Virus record (IMG/VR): IMGVR_UViG_3300048058_000013
Direction: 5' to 3' (one strand)
DNA: 64,000 nucleotides
DNA from: a virus
The notes under the pieces: generated by a model
What the model was told of the DNA's origin: nothing
Databases searched by the model: none
The model's input: only the letters and a program-made list of their open reading frames with translations
Shown: positions 26,637 to 37,155 of the stretch, piece by piece
Position numbering within the stretch: the first letter of the stretch is position 1
Layout of the letters: each line of letters begins with the position of its first letter
Translations under genes and position numbers: made by a program

Positions 26637-29162
26637 TTATGGCTCCGGCTCTTCGTCAAAGAATTCGATTCCTTCTATTGGGATATCTCCCTCATATTCA
26701 GCAATCAATTCATCAGTCTTATAGGTCAGTAAACTGGCATCTGGGACACCCGTCACGCGCAAGATCAATGCCCGACCACCATGGAGCTTCTTAGACTCCT
26801 CAGCAGCATCCGCTGCCAGGAATGTATTGAAGAATAGTATAATCTTAGTCGCATCAGTATTTGGTGGTATATTTTCATTATTAGCGAATGAATCCAACCG
26901 GAGACCAAATTCTGTAACCTCATCCTTGAAAACAGTCGATAATCCATAGAACAACGCGCCACCAGACGGCTCCAAAGGATCTTCCGGAGTCGGCGTTGGA
27001 TTGACAATAATATCCGGCGGAGTATCGACATTACTGCCTGGACTACGAGGTGGTGGTTCACCCGGAGAACCGCCGCCGCCTCCGCCTCCGCCTCCGCCGA
27101 ATCCGCCTCCACCACCCGAGAACGTTTCTGGTGGAATTGGAGTGGCTTCTGGCTTATTCGGAGCGCAATTATATCCCTGGTTAAATGGCTTTGGCTTACG
27201 TGGTTCAATCTTTTCTTCTATTGGGACAGCTACGTCACAATCAGTATTAACTCCCACTGGAGCTGGGCCAGCCGGATGCTGTGGAATATCAATATCCTCG
27301 TGTAAGCCTTTCATTGTTATGCAGGTGATACGGCCAGCTCGAAGTTGGTCATTAGTTCCAACATGGCCTGCCCTGACAGTCCATTTTGTACCACCAGCAG
27401 CTTCCATACAAATGCTTCCACCGGCTTTCATATTAATGTTCTTGGCAGCCCTCATATTGATATCCTTCTTGGAGATGACCTCTACATTGCCATCTGCAAA
27501 AATTTGGATCTTATCTAATTCATTACGAATCAATATCAGCTGCTGACGATCATCAAGACCGATATACATCTTATTTAACTTATCACGCCAAACAGCAAGG
27601 TCGAATGTTCTCGACATAAAGAATCCACGTTCTTCTGGGCCAGTAGCTTCTGTAAAGCTTTCACAAGGGGCCTCTGCATCACGCATCTCCATCCCCTGAC
27701 CTTCAGGGGTTTTCATGCTGACAGAGCGATTCTTTTTATCAAGTTTCAAATGATAGGTATTGCGCTCAAAGTCATGGGTTAATGCTACTGTTGTAGAAAA
27801 TTCATTACCTTTCTTACCCTTAAAATCCTCTACTATTTTATCAGATGTATCTGTGGCCATCGCCATGTAATCGAATCGATCATTGATCTCGAACACTTTC
27901 GATTTTGGCGATACGACCATCAACCGATTGGCAGGATCTTTATCATTAGCGTCGACAGTGAACCCACGACGAGTCCGTACTAAGAAACCATTACCACGTG
28001 GCTCTTCCTTGCCCTCCGCATCAATCTTGTCAGATCCACGATCATCAAGAGTCATCTTAACGCCATGACGCGTTACGAAGCGGATCTGACGAGCGTCTTC
28101 CTTGAAGTCTTCTTCATCTTCCCCGTCGAGATCGGCACCTTTATCAGTTTGCAAAAGTTCTTTAACGAATTTGTCCTTCTCAGGATCACAGCCTTTATCG
28201 ATAGACTGGATGAGATGGCCAGCTTTAGTACGGAATTTAACCCACCGCTCATCTCGGTCGCTTTCTTTGGAGATTTCTACTTGGCTTTCAAACTCGCCAG
28301 GGCGATTCTTTTTGAAACCAACATCGCGCATTTCAAATTTATGCCCATAGCGCGTGCGAAGCTCAACTCGACGTTGGTCATGTTCCTTGGGTTCCTGTTC
28401 ATTAAAAAATTTCTGCAGATACTTGTGTCGAGCGATTTCAAAGCTCTCATCTTCATCGAACTTACCTTCGAATTCTTTCTTCCAGTCATATCCAACGTCA
28501 TTCAAAATCATCGTATGGCCATACTTCGTATGAAGTACAGCCAACTTAACGTCAGGTTCATTCTCCTTAGGAGGTTTCTGTGATGCTTTAAACTCGCTCT
28601 TAGCTATGGCATCCGTACCCGCAGCGGCTGGTTTTTCTGCATGTTCATCCGGGAAGAACCCAACAGAACTGAGCATGAAAAATGTGCCGTAGCGATCACG
28701 AACGCCGACACTCAGCGGGCGTTCATCCTTAGGGAGATATTCCTCTTGGAAATCACTTGGAGTATCGGCTGGTTCTCCCTTATCATTCACTGATAAGGGT
28801 GTCTTACCATGAATCGACTGGAGAGGATAGAACTTACGACGAGTAGGATCAGCAGCGCCGGTTACAATTGGAGAGTAAGGATGATTTTTTTCGAACTGGA
28901 CCCAGACAATATCGCCTATTGTAAGACTATTCCACCACCCACTACCTTTACCACCAAGCGACTCAGATCTAGTAGCCCATGGCAATTCATCAACCTTGAT
29001 ATCATTATTGTGTAATTCCGGGATGCGAATACGAAGACGACCAATCCGTAGCGGATCATTAGTTTCCGCGACTACGGCACGATACATCCCATCAAAGCGG
29101 TCAAAGAGATTCTCTGTCCGTTCTTTGAAGAATTTATTAAAAACCCGATTAAGGTTATCCAT
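26637..29162 (-). CDS. gp5: baseplate hub/spike protein (gp5/VgrG-like OB-fold) with C-terminal extension
   Basis: YRAVV..TNDPLRIGRLRIRIP, LPWA, GDIVWVQFE..P.SPIV.G (Gp5 OB-fold); repeated T.YGH.. beta units; Gly/Pro linker then extra domain. Confidence 0.8.
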   Translation of the reverse strand: MDNLNRVFNKFFKERTENLFDRFDGMYRAVVAETNDPLRIGRLRIRIPELHNNDIKVDELPWATRSESLGGKGSGWWNSLTIGDIVWVQFEKNHPYSPIVTGAADPTRRKFYPLQSIHGKTPLSVNDKGEPADTPSDFQEEYLPKDERPLSVGVRDRYGTFFMLSSVGFFPDEHAEKPAAAGTDAIAKSEFKASQKPPKENEPDVKLAVLHTKYGHTMILNDVGYDWKKEFEGKFDEDESFEIARHKYLQKFFNEQEPKEHDQRRVELRTRYGHKFEMRDVGFKKNRPGEFESQVEISKESDRDERWVKFRTKAGHLIQSIDKGCDPEKDKFVKELLQTDKGADLDGEDEEDFKEDARQIRFVTRHGVKMTLDDRGSDKIDAEGKEEPRGNGFLVRTRRGFTVDANDKDPANRLMVVSPKSKVFEINDRFDYMAMATDTSDKIVEDFKGKKGNEFSTTVALTHDFERNTYHLKLDKKNRSVSMKTPEGQGMEMRDAEAPCESFTEATGPEERGFFMSRTFDLAVWRDKLNKMYIGLDDRQQLILIRNELDKIQIFADGNVEVISKKDINMRAAKNINMKAGGSICMEAAGGTKWTVRAGHVGTNDQLRAGRITCITMKGLHEDIDIPQHPAGPAPVGVNTDCDVAVPIEEKIEPRKPKPFNQGYNCAPNKPEATPIPPETFSGGGGGFGGGGGGGGGGSPGEPPPRSPGSNVDTPPDIIVNPTPTPEDPLEPSGGALFYGLSTVFKDEVTEFGLRLDSFANNENIPPNTDATKIILFFNTFLAADAAEESKKLHGGRALILRVTGVPDASLLTYKTDELIAEYEGDIPIEGIEFFDEEPEP

Positions 29163-29489
29163 TTACACGTTAGGTAAGACCGTCTCAGCGGTCGGTAATT
29201 TAATTACTGCTCCGACCGGAGGCCAATTAACTGGGTTCAAAGGCTTGTTGAATAATACCACTACCCAGTCCAAGACAGGAGAATTATATATATCATCAGC
29301 AATAACCCACGGCCGTCCAGCTTGGGCATGCGAAACAGTTACGCGTTCTATTTGTTCTATCCTAAGATTAGCCTCATCTAGAAAAAAGTGTTTCTTCATG
29401 AGACCAAAAGTCTCAATGTCGTCACGAAGTATAGATTGTGTAAGCTTAAAACGAGACTGTGGGTCTTTGGCCAATGTCATTAGTACCAC
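29163..29489 (-). CDS. gp53: baseplate wedge gp53/LysM-like protein
   Basis: GRPWVIADDIYNSPVLDWVVVLFN resembles the gp53 RP..IA..Y....W.....N pattern. Confidence 0.7.
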   Translation of the reverse strand: MVLMTLAKDPQSRFKLTQSILRDDIETFGLMKKHFFLDEANLRIEQIERVTVSHAQAGRPWVIADDIYNSPVLDWVVVLFNKPLNPVNWPPVGAVIKLPTAETVLPNV

Positions 29490-30058
29490 TCCTGCCTAGG
29501 GAATGTATCAAGCTGAGGAATCTTCTGCTTAGGCTGCTGGCCCTTACCACCAATATTAGTAACAAGATAAGCGCCAACTTTAATCGTCGTAAGAAGAGGC
29601 CACACTTCACTACCCTGCTTAATTAGCGTATCTCCATGTGTTATGTTGACATCCGTCAATCTGAATGATGCCTGGCCGATACCAACTTGATTGTAAAATT
29701 TCACAACAACACGTGGTAAAGCTTTGACATTCTCCATATTCCGGTAGAAGTAAGCTTTAAACGTTCTAGCAATATCTTGAATCTCAAAAACACCAAATTT
29801 CCCACCCGCAACAATATATTGGAATTGCATCGTAATCTTACGGGCCGAAGCACCCATCCAAATGGCTTGTGGTTCGTAAGACTTAACGTCAATTTCTTTC
29901 CAATTAGCAGTCTTAGTATCGTCCGTTATACGCGGTGGAAACTGTAATGGTATTGTCGTGGCTCCAGGGAAACCAGCGACAGGCGCTGGCTCTGGATCAA
30001 ATTCAATAGAAACTTGTTCAATCACATCTCGATCAATACCCTGTAATGCAAAAGTCAT
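29480..30058 (-). CDS. tail tube initiator / gp48-gp54-like baseplate protein
   Basis: Between tape measure and gp53; LQFPP.I.D.K.ANW.E...R.ITMQF pattern of contractile-tail tube initiators. Confidence 0.55.
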   Translation of the reverse strand: MTFALQGIDRDVIEQVSIEFDPEPAPVAGFPGATTIPLQFPPRITDDTKTANWKEIDVKSYEPQAIWMGASARKITMQFQYIVAGGKFGVFEIQDIARTFKAYFYRNMENVKALPRVVVKFYNQVGIGQASFRLTDVNITHGDTLIKQGSEVWPLLTTIKVGAYLVTNIGGKGQQPKQKIPQLDTFPRQEWY

Positions 30059-30073
30059 AATTAACTTATTCCT

Positions 30074-33000
30074 TTATAACCATTGATTTGCTAAACTGGA
30101 GAGCTGACCAGAGTCCTGTTGACCCTTAGCTATCTTTGGCAGCCACTCTCTCAAGAGAGCGATTAAGTCACCTACATCAAGTTCTCCAACTTTGGTTCCT
30201 ACCTTCTTCATTTCATCTCTCATCTCCTCAGTACCCCGTACTAAGAGGGCCTGATTACGCTCTTCACGAATCTTCCTGGCCGTATCCTCTGTGATGAGTG
30301 GCTTCCGTGTTGGCTCAGCCTTGAGAGTAATTGGAGCGAATGGGAATCCAGGTCCGATGTCGATTCGTTCCCTCGCATGCTCGACACGCTCAGCCAGCTC
30401 CTCGAGAATAGCCGCAGATTCCATGAGTTCGTCTTTACGCCCTAAGATTCCATCAATGAATGGGCCAAAGACGTCACCAATACGACCCATATTTGTAAGA
30501 GCACCAGCCAACTTAGTAGCTGGTTCTGCAACTTCCTTAATAGCCTGAGCAATTTCTTCTGCCTGCTCAATAGGACTCTTCACACCGAAGATGCTTGCAA
30601 GACCACCAATAGCACCAGCAGCGGCTATGCCCATAAGAGCACCCATAAAGGCCACGATACCTCCCGCTAGACCCAGAAGTGCAGCACCAGCTCCCGCCGG
30701 AATGACAGCCGCAGCTGTTGCGATTTTTGTGAGAGCAGTGCCAACTTTTCCAAGCACCGGTGCTATGAACAGACCCATCACAGCAGCAACCATAAGAGCT
30801 CCAAAGCCCAACAATATCGCTGGGCCTGCTAATAGCATAGCACCCCCAAGCAACATCACACCGGCCGCAAGCAACGGCATCATCAGTGCCATTGTGGTTA
30901 TTACTGCTATAAATGCCGCAGCATTTTCTAGAACAACTTCAAAAAATGCCGTAAATGCGTCAACTATCAACTTAACTCCGACACCAGCCAACAGAGCCGC
31001 AACGCCAATCGCTAGTATAACGAGAGCCAGAACAGCCAATCCGGGAGCCGCAGATAATGCGGCTGCACCCATTATGTTAATACCAATTGCGAAGACGAGG
31101 AATGCCACGGAGACAGCGAGCATTGCTCCTGCAGCAACCGCCATATCTGCCATACTTAGACCCAACTCCTTCATGGCGGCCGCGAGCGCGAGTATAACCG
31201 CACCCGATATTACCATTAATAGACCAAGGACCAAAACACCCTTAAGAACTGCGGGGGTGCCCATTGCCTTTAAACCTGAAGCCAACCCCTGGAAGAACCC
31301 TTTAATAGATGCACCAGCCCCAGGGCCAACTTTAGCTGATTGCATGGCTGCGTCACTGGCCTTTTTGGTTGTATCTGCAACCTTACCCATCGTTCCTGCT
31401 AGCTTACTACCAGATTCTCTAAGTCCTCTAAACCAGTTTATCGTCCCTTTAATTCCAGAGATAATACCAGTTACAGCATCTTTCAAACTCGTGAATGTAC
31501 CCCTAAGAAGTTTAAGAGCCCCTACAGCCTTCAAGGCCGCTGTGACTAACACGACACCAAGAAGGATGTTAAGAGGTTTAGCGACTATAGGATACTTCTG
31601 TATCCATGCCATAAGCTCGCCAAACTTGGTAATAAGCCACGAAATTGGTTCTAGTATCGATGTAAGCGCTGGAACCAGAGTTTCAGCTAGTGATGCAGAC
31701 ATCGCCATAATCGGGCCTAATATCTTTTGGATTTGCCTTGTAAGAGTCTGCATCGATAACTGGAAGTCTGCCGCAACATCAGCAGCCTTCTGTTCATCAT
31801 TGATAAATTGCTCAATAGACTTACCAGCTTCTTCCGCTCGCAAGCCCAATAATCTGAAACTCTTTGCTGATTCCATTGGGATACCAACACTCTTCATGAC
31901 TTCAACAGACAACGATCCATAGCGCTCTCTCAAATCATCAAGTGCTGGACCCATCCTTGCGAATATTGCTTCTGCCTTCTTGCCTGGTGTATCCAATTCA
32001 TCTAATTGAACATTGAGAAATGCCCATGCAGCAGCATTGTCATATTGTTCAGTAGTCATTCGGGCCATATCAGCAGCAAATGCTCCAGCATTACCACCTG
32101 CGCGAGAAATACCCGCAGCCCATGGTTTAATAGCCGCTTCCCAATCTCTAACTTGATTAGCATCAAATTCTAGAAGCATGGTACCAGTCGCGTCAGCCAA
32201 TGTGTTCATGAAGCCCGCAGCCTCAGCGGCACTCATACCAGACTGCTTAATCATTGCTGACATCTCACTAAGGGCCCGTTTAGCTTCCTCAGCACTACCA
32301 GTAAGAACAAAGATTGCACGCTGGTATTTGGCTGTATCCTTCTGAGATATGTTGGTTGCTATACTAAATTCAGTATTCGCTTTAGCAAGATCGCGGATGG
32401 CATCTTGTGCACCAAAACCAGCTTCAGATAAAGCCGCCATTGTCGCGATAGCTTCGTCGGTTGTTACACCAAGCTCCATTCGCAATGCATTGGTCGAACG
32501 TATCATCTCCTCTTGACCACCAATAAGCTGGAATGTCATTGTGCGGAACTTATCCTGCATCTGAACAACATCCGCAATACCCTTAGCCAAAAATGCCAAA
32601 GCTGCAATTAGAGGACCATAGGCTAACCCTAATTTACTAATTATACTCCATGCCTCAGATGCAGCAGGAGATAACTTAAGAAGACTCTGGGTTACACCTA
32701 GAAATGCAGCTCGTGCAGAATTATTAGCTTCTACATTCTTACCAACAATATCGTGGCCTTTCTTCCAATGCCTATTAATAAAATCAATTTCTGTTTTTTG
32801 CTCTTTAAGAGCAGGCATAAGCTCTTTATTTTGATCAAGCCATTCTTTCTCTTTTTTATTGACCTCCTCCATCTCGTCGTCTAACTTCTTCATTGATTCA
32901 AGTAACTTCTTTTGCGCCTTCTCTGAAAGCGCCGACGAGTCATTTAACTGTTTCGAGACATCCAAATATTCATTATAGATGCGAATCTTGTCATCAATTA

Positions 33001-33208
33001 TTGCATTAGCTTCTATTGATGCAGCTGTGAATTGTTCAGTTACATCAACCAATTGTGAAGTTTCGGCTCCAGCTAAAGCACTAGCGGCTTGCTGCATCTT
33101 CTCTTGAAGGTGTTCTGTGGCTTCCGTGAGTTGATCAATCGCATCTAGGGCAGGCTCTACCTGTAGTTGAAGTTCCAAACCCAGAGCATATGCATTTACG
33201 TCAGCCAT
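30074..33208 (-). CDS. tail tape measure protein
   Basis: 1044 aa, alpha-helical Ala-rich with long hydrophobic Ala/Gly/Leu stretch; position in tail module. Confidence 0.85.
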   Translation of the reverse strand: MADVNAYALGLELQLQVEPALDAIDQLTEATEHLQEKMQQAASALAGAETSQLVDVTEQFTAASIEANAIIDDKIRIYNEYLDVSKQLNDSSALSEKAQKKLLESMKKLDDEMEEVNKKEKEWLDQNKELMPALKEQKTEIDFINRHWKKGHDIVGKNVEANNSARAAFLGVTQSLLKLSPAASEAWSIISKLGLAYGPLIAALAFLAKGIADVVQMQDKFRTMTFQLIGGQEEMIRSTNALRMELGVTTDEAIATMAALSEAGFGAQDAIRDLAKANTEFSIATNISQKDTAKYQRAIFVLTGSAEEAKRALSEMSAMIKQSGMSAAEAAGFMNTLADATGTMLLEFDANQVRDWEAAIKPWAAGISRAGGNAGAFAADMARMTTEQYDNAAAWAFLNVQLDELDTPGKKAEAIFARMGPALDDLRERYGSLSVEVMKSVGIPMESAKSFRLLGLRAEEAGKSIEQFINDEQKAADVAADFQLSMQTLTRQIQKILGPIMAMSASLAETLVPALTSILEPISWLITKFGELMAWIQKYPIVAKPLNILLGVVLVTAALKAVGALKLLRGTFTSLKDAVTGIISGIKGTINWFRGLRESGSKLAGTMGKVADTTKKASDAAMQSAKVGPGAGASIKGFFQGLASGLKAMGTPAVLKGVLVLGLLMVISGAVILALAAAMKELGLSMADMAVAAGAMLAVSVAFLVFAIGINIMGAAALSAAPGLAVLALVILAIGVAALLAGVGVKLIVDAFTAFFEVVLENAAAFIAVITTMALMMPLLAAGVMLLGGAMLLAGPAILLGFGALMVAAVMGLFIAPVLGKVGTALTKIATAAAVIPAGAGAALLGLAGGIVAFMGALMGIAAAGAIGGLASIFGVKSPIEQAEEIAQAIKEVAEPATKLAGALTNMGRIGDVFGPFIDGILGRKDELMESAAILEELAERVEHARERIDIGPGFPFAPITLKAEPTRKPLITEDTARKIREERNQALLVRGTEEMRDEMKKVGTKVGELDVGDLIALLREWLPKIAKGQQDSGQLSSLANQWL

Positions 33209-34440
33209 TATACCTTCTGTGCAGAAGCGTCATGATCAAGTCGCGCTATATAAATGTCCGTGAACCATGCTTCAGGAGAAGCGCTGTGATGAAAACCATA
33301 AACCAACCAATTCCCGCTCAAGAAGTATGGCTCCCCATCAATATCTTTCCAGCTAATATTACACTTAGCAACCCCAAGCTTACTACTATCATCCAATAGT
33401 CGCTCGCCTTGAACGCGTATCTTCATACGCATGACGAGGTTTAACATATTCAAGAACAATCCACGTGCTCTGCCGTCGATATACTTGCTATAAGTGATCC
33501 CAATATCCCCGGCGTTATGTTCAGGAATAGCCATTACACTCGTGGCCCATTCTTTGGTGGGTTTCTTAAATCCTTGTGACTGATTAATATCAACATTCTT
33601 TTTGTCTGATGTGTTCTCGTCCTTGACAAACACTTTTTCCTCACCTGAATCAGTGATCTTATCAAGGAACTCACCAGAAACAGCAGAAATACCAGATGTT
33701 ATCAACTTAGTCTGGAGAGGACTAATGAAATTATCAGCTAACATGTTGTAATTAAGAATGTCCTGACCACCGCCCTTTCTATTGAAATGATAAACACCCA
33801 GATCGAATGGTTCTAAATCAGCCTGTTCCTTAATGACGATCTTATCATCAGTACTAGCAACAATCCAATGAGTTTTCTTAGCTGTAGTGCTGGCGGACCA
33901 ATCTAGTAGCGATCTAATGAATGTCTTAGGATCTTGCCGCATCATATACCAAATATTCTCTTTGTTGTCCTCAGTGTCCGACACTTCAACCGTAATGGCG
34001 GGTGCAAATTCCTGAACCACCTGTTGTATTACAGAACTGACATTGCCTTTATATGCCTTACCTTCAGCAGTCCCCTGGTTTAGAAAGAAACTTGGAGGAT
34101 CTACTGCGATGAATTCCAATTCGCCATGCTCTCCTTCTCCTACTGCGTTCAATGTAGTCATGAATCCTTCACGCTCTTCAGTCTGAAGATCATCACTGCC
34201 ATCGCCCCATTTAATTCTGAACTTAACAGGCGTTTCTTTTTGGCGGCCCTCTTTCAAATAACCCTTTGTGGCGAAATCTTTTAACAAGTTGAAATTAGGG
34301 TCCGAGATGCGCCCACGCATGATGTAACCGCCATTAATAAAACTGGCCCACTCGAATTTTAAGAACTTGTCGCCAATGTTGTCACCACCGGCGATCTTAA
34401 TTTCGCAGGTAACACTTCCAGTAGTCTGTGGTTCACCCAT
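33208..34440 (-). CDS. baseplate hub protein (gp27/late control D-like)
   Basis: 410 aa directly upstream of tape measure; KAYKGNVSSVIQQV, ...SGNWLVYGFHH typical hub C-terminus. Confidence 0.6.
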   Translation of the reverse strand: MGEPQTTGSVTCEIKIAGGDNIGDKFLKFEWASFINGGYIMRGRISDPNFNLLKDFATKGYLKEGRQKETPVKFRIKWGDGSDDLQTEEREGFMTTLNAVGEGEHGELEFIAVDPPSFFLNQGTAEGKAYKGNVSSVIQQVVQEFAPAITVEVSDTEDNKENIWYMMRQDPKTFIRSLLDWSASTTAKKTHWIVASTDDKIVIKEQADLEPFDLGVYHFNRKGGGQDILNYNMLADNFISPLQTKLITSGISAVSGEFLDKITDSGEEKVFVKDENTSDKKNVDINQSQGFKKPTKEWATSVMAIPEHNAGDIGITYSKYIDGRARGLFLNMLNLVMRMKIRVQGERLLDDSSKLGVAKCNISWKDIDGEPYFLSGNWLVYGFHHSASPEAWFTDIYIARLDHDASAQKV

Positions 34441-34724
34441 TACATCTTCCCTAGATCAAATTTCTTATCGATGTGTAATTTAGATCTCTTTAATTCGCGA
34501 TAAGCTTTATTATAATTAGCAATATTCCTCTTGAACCATGTAATCTTATCGCTTATCTCCATCTTCTTTAGGATTTCTTGATTCTTACGAATCTTATCAG
34601 CCTCATCTTTACTAATACTATTAGTCAATAACCCAACCAACCTGTCCTCAAGTTCCAAGAGTATCAAGAGCAGGTAATATTGAGATTTGAGGCCCTTTTG
34701 ATATTGTATCCAAGCTAATTGCAT
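34440..34724 (-). CDS. hypothetical protein
   Basis: 94 aa, 1-bp overlap with hub gene. Confidence 0.55.
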   Translation of the reverse strand: MQLAWIQYQKGLKSQYYLLLILLELEDRLVGLLTNSISKDEADKIRKNQEILKKMEISDKITWFKRNIANYNKAYRELKRSKLHIDKKFDLGKM

Positions 34725-34748
34725 GACTGGCCTTATGTATATTTGGGG

Positions 34749-35738
34749 CTAGAAGGATTTGAGAAGCTGGTTGATATGATACAAAGTGACCGACTGTAGA
34801 TTATTCTCGGCATATTGCCGAGGCTTACTATCCCTCATTTCGTTCCAGTCTTTGTATGGTTCGGGTGGGATTACAAACTTAACTTCTGTATCCTGTACAG
34901 ATTCCAACAACTCTGCGTTCTTCTGGATCGACATTATCCCCTCATAATCCCGATCAGGGGCCAGGACGATTACGCTAGGGCCAATAGCCCGTACCTTCCG
35001 ACATTGGACCTTCTGCATACTAGCGCCGCCAGTGGCAACTGTCCCATCTCCAAGAGTGATGGCATCAATAATGGATTCCACAATGAAGACAGGCTGACTG
35101 GGCTCGCATGTGTCAAATCCGTATAGATAATTCTCCTTCCCAACTCCTCCAGTCTTCTCTAGAGCAGGGAAATCGAACATTTTGGTATGGATTAGCCGTG
35201 CTTGCCAATATACCTGAACCCCATATTCATAATATGGAAAGTAGATGCGATCAACGCCATAATGAAGATCGTATTTTGCTGCAGTCTCCGAATTAATTCC
35301 ACGTGAATTCAGGTATGTAAGAGCAATTTGTTTAAGCTTAGATTCTCCCGGATCTCGGAACGATTTAGCTTCTTCTGGTAAAGAAACGTCTGGTTCAATC
35401 TGTACTTCTTCCTCTTCTTTGATATCCTTTAATTTGGGTTGAAGAATAGATCGGAGATCAACTCCCTGACCACAGACATCCTGGAGAGCTTCATAAAATG
35501 TAATATTCTTCCACTTCTGTACGAATCGTAGAAAGGGACCATCAAAACGCTGGTGCCCCGGTCGCCAATCATGGCACACACCTTTGAGGGTATTAATGTT
35601 GAATTTGTAATTCGTATCACCATCAAAAGGATTGCAAATTTTAAGTTCTTGACCACCCTTTCGCCGACGATATTCAAAGTGGCGAGCTACCCAAGACTCA
35701 ATCTGCTGAGGATCAAGCTTTATTCTTCGATGATCCAT
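34749..35738 (-). CDS. DNA primase (gp61/DnaG-like)
   Basis: N-terminal Zn-binding remnant (CNPF...CHDW), YL.SRGI, RIYFPY, TOPRIM VESIIDA and APDRD..G, KDWNE; start reassigned to 35738 (MDHRRIKL). Confidence 0.85.
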   Translation of the reverse strand: MDHRRIKLDPQQIESWVARHFEYRRRKGGQELKICNPFDGDTNYKFNINTLKGVCHDWRPGHQRFDGPFLRFVQKWKNITFYEALQDVCGQGVDLRSILQPKLKDIKEEEEVQIEPDVSLPEEAKSFRDPGESKLKQIALTYLNSRGINSETAAKYDLHYGVDRIYFPYYEYGVQVYWQARLIHTKMFDFPALEKTGGVGKENYLYGFDTCEPSQPVFIVESIIDAITLGDGTVATGGASMQKVQCRKVRAIGPSVIVLAPDRDYEGIMSIQKNAELLESVQDTEVKFVIPPEPYKDWNEMRDSKPRQYAENNLQSVTLYHINQLLKSF

Positions 35739-35753
35739 AGTTATTTCTAATAG

Positions 35754-35782
35754 TTGACAGCATTGGTTGAAATACTTATAAT
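35754..35782 (+). promoter_or_regulatory. perfect sigma70 promoter TTGACA-N17-TATAAT
   Basis: TTGACA 35754-35759, 17-nt spacer, TATAAT 35777-35782, ATG at 35789. Confidence 0.85.
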
Positions 35783-35788
35783 ATCCAC

Positions 35789-36343
35789 ATGAGACGACGC
35801 TACGATTTCGACCGGTTTGGCTACGATGGAACAATCTACGAGACTCGAAAGGGTCTGCTTGTGCTCTTTATGGGGGATGTTGATCGCTGGAAAGGGCCTT
35901 ACCCTGGAAAATCTTGGGAAGAGTATATTGACAGTGACATGATTAAGCTTCGTGCACCCTCGCCCGATGCGTATAAAATCCCCACTTTCTGGATTGGCCC
36001 CGACACTGGTTACTGCCGAGGCCCGCTGATCGGCGGACGAGCTGGAGAACATCACTTTTTAATTATGAATAGTCGCTACGAAGAGGCCAATAAACTGGTT
36101 ATTTCCCCGCGCTGTCGTCACAATTTGTTCGATTACAAACATTGTTCTAAAAAGTGTTGGTATATCGCTGAGACCATTACTCGTCTTAATGAAATTCGAA
36201 AGCTTGAGGGAGATGTCAACGATAGCGGCCCCGAGCATGCTAAGATGCTTCGTACAGCCCACCTTGAATTGGTGCGCTTCAAGCACTTATTTGGAAATAC
36301 CGAAGATAAATGGAAAAATTACCGCGAGAAGTGGAGCGCTTAG
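35789..36343 (+). CDS. hypothetical early protein (probably leaderless mRNA)
   Basis: 184 aa; ATG 6 nt after the consensus -10 box; 4-bp convergent overlap with the next gene. Confidence 0.7.
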   Translation: MRRRYDFDRFGYDGTIYETRKGLLVLFMGDVDRWKGPYPGKSWEEYIDSDMIKLRAPSPDAYKIPTFWIGPDTGYCRGPLIGGRAGEHHFLIMNSRYEEANKLVISPRCRHNLFDYKHCSKKCWYIAETITRLNEIRKLEGDVNDSGPEHAKMLRTAHLELVRFKHLFGNTEDKWKNYREKWSA

Positions 36344-37137
36344 ATAATCTGAATCCGGAAGTCGCCCGATACCCGCGTCTCTCCATTGGGTAACTGCAAC
36401 GTTACGCGATAGATGTAGGTTCCAACCAAGAAATCCGCAGTATTGATTTGGCACTGAATCACAAATGGATTCGCACGGAAACTCCCCTGCCTAATCCCAA
36501 GCGTGCATTCTTGGTTATCGAGTAGAACTTCACAATTCTCGGTCTGAATTGTAATAAACGCTCGAGACTGCGGGATGAGTGGCGCAAACCGGTTGAAGTC
36601 GAAGTCATAAAGCGGCAACGGCATAATGCCGATTTCTAGATTTCTTACTTCAGGCTTCTTGAACGTCTTATCCAGAGCTTCGAAACCAATTCGTGGAGTT
36701 ACCAGGCCATCGTCTGCAAAGAACCCCTCAGAGAATACAAAGAACTTATTACACTGCTGGCTCCAGATAGATTCATCAGTCAGATCTACAGCCGTCCCAC
36801 CGGTGCCAGCTGGATCAGTTCCAATAAAATTCCAAACATCAATGTACGCTGCAGGTGCATTGAAATCACGGGGAATATCAAACACGAGCAAGAACTGGCC
36901 TGGAAGTGGCGATCCTGTGGCATCAGTTACTTTGATTAGTGGATCTGGATATCCCGTTGCATCTGGTTCCACAACTGGGACCTGTGCAACCAAATTCTCT
37001 GGCTTCTCTACTTCCTCAAAGATGTCAACACGTCGAATTGCAAACGGATCAGTGGGAATTCCATTGAGATAGAAAGTCACATTAAGAGCAACTGACTGAC
37101 CTGTAACGGCCGATATCCTTGGAAATGGTTCTGGCAT
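36340..37137 (-). CDS. hypothetical virion structural protein (beta-rich)
   Basis: 265 aa, acidic and beta-strand rich, in tail module. Confidence 0.6.
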   Translation of the reverse strand: MPEPFPRISAVTGQSVALNVTFYLNGIPTDPFAIRRVDIFEEVEKPENLVAQVPVVEPDATGYPDPLIKVTDATGSPLPGQFLLVFDIPRDFNAPAAYIDVWNFIGTDPAGTGGTAVDLTDESIWSQQCNKFFVFSEGFFADDGLVTPRIGFEALDKTFKKPEVRNLEIGIMPLPLYDFDFNRFAPLIPQSRAFITIQTENCEVLLDNQECTLGIRQGSFRANPFVIQCQINTADFLVGTYIYRVTLQLPNGETRVSGDFRIQII

Positions 37138-37155
37138 CTTAATCTATCTTTGATA

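Noticed and set aside
30591-31922. 443-aa plus-strand ORF
   Set aside because: Antisense shadow of the Ala/Gly-rich tape measure gene; low-complexity mirror composition, no motifs or RBS.
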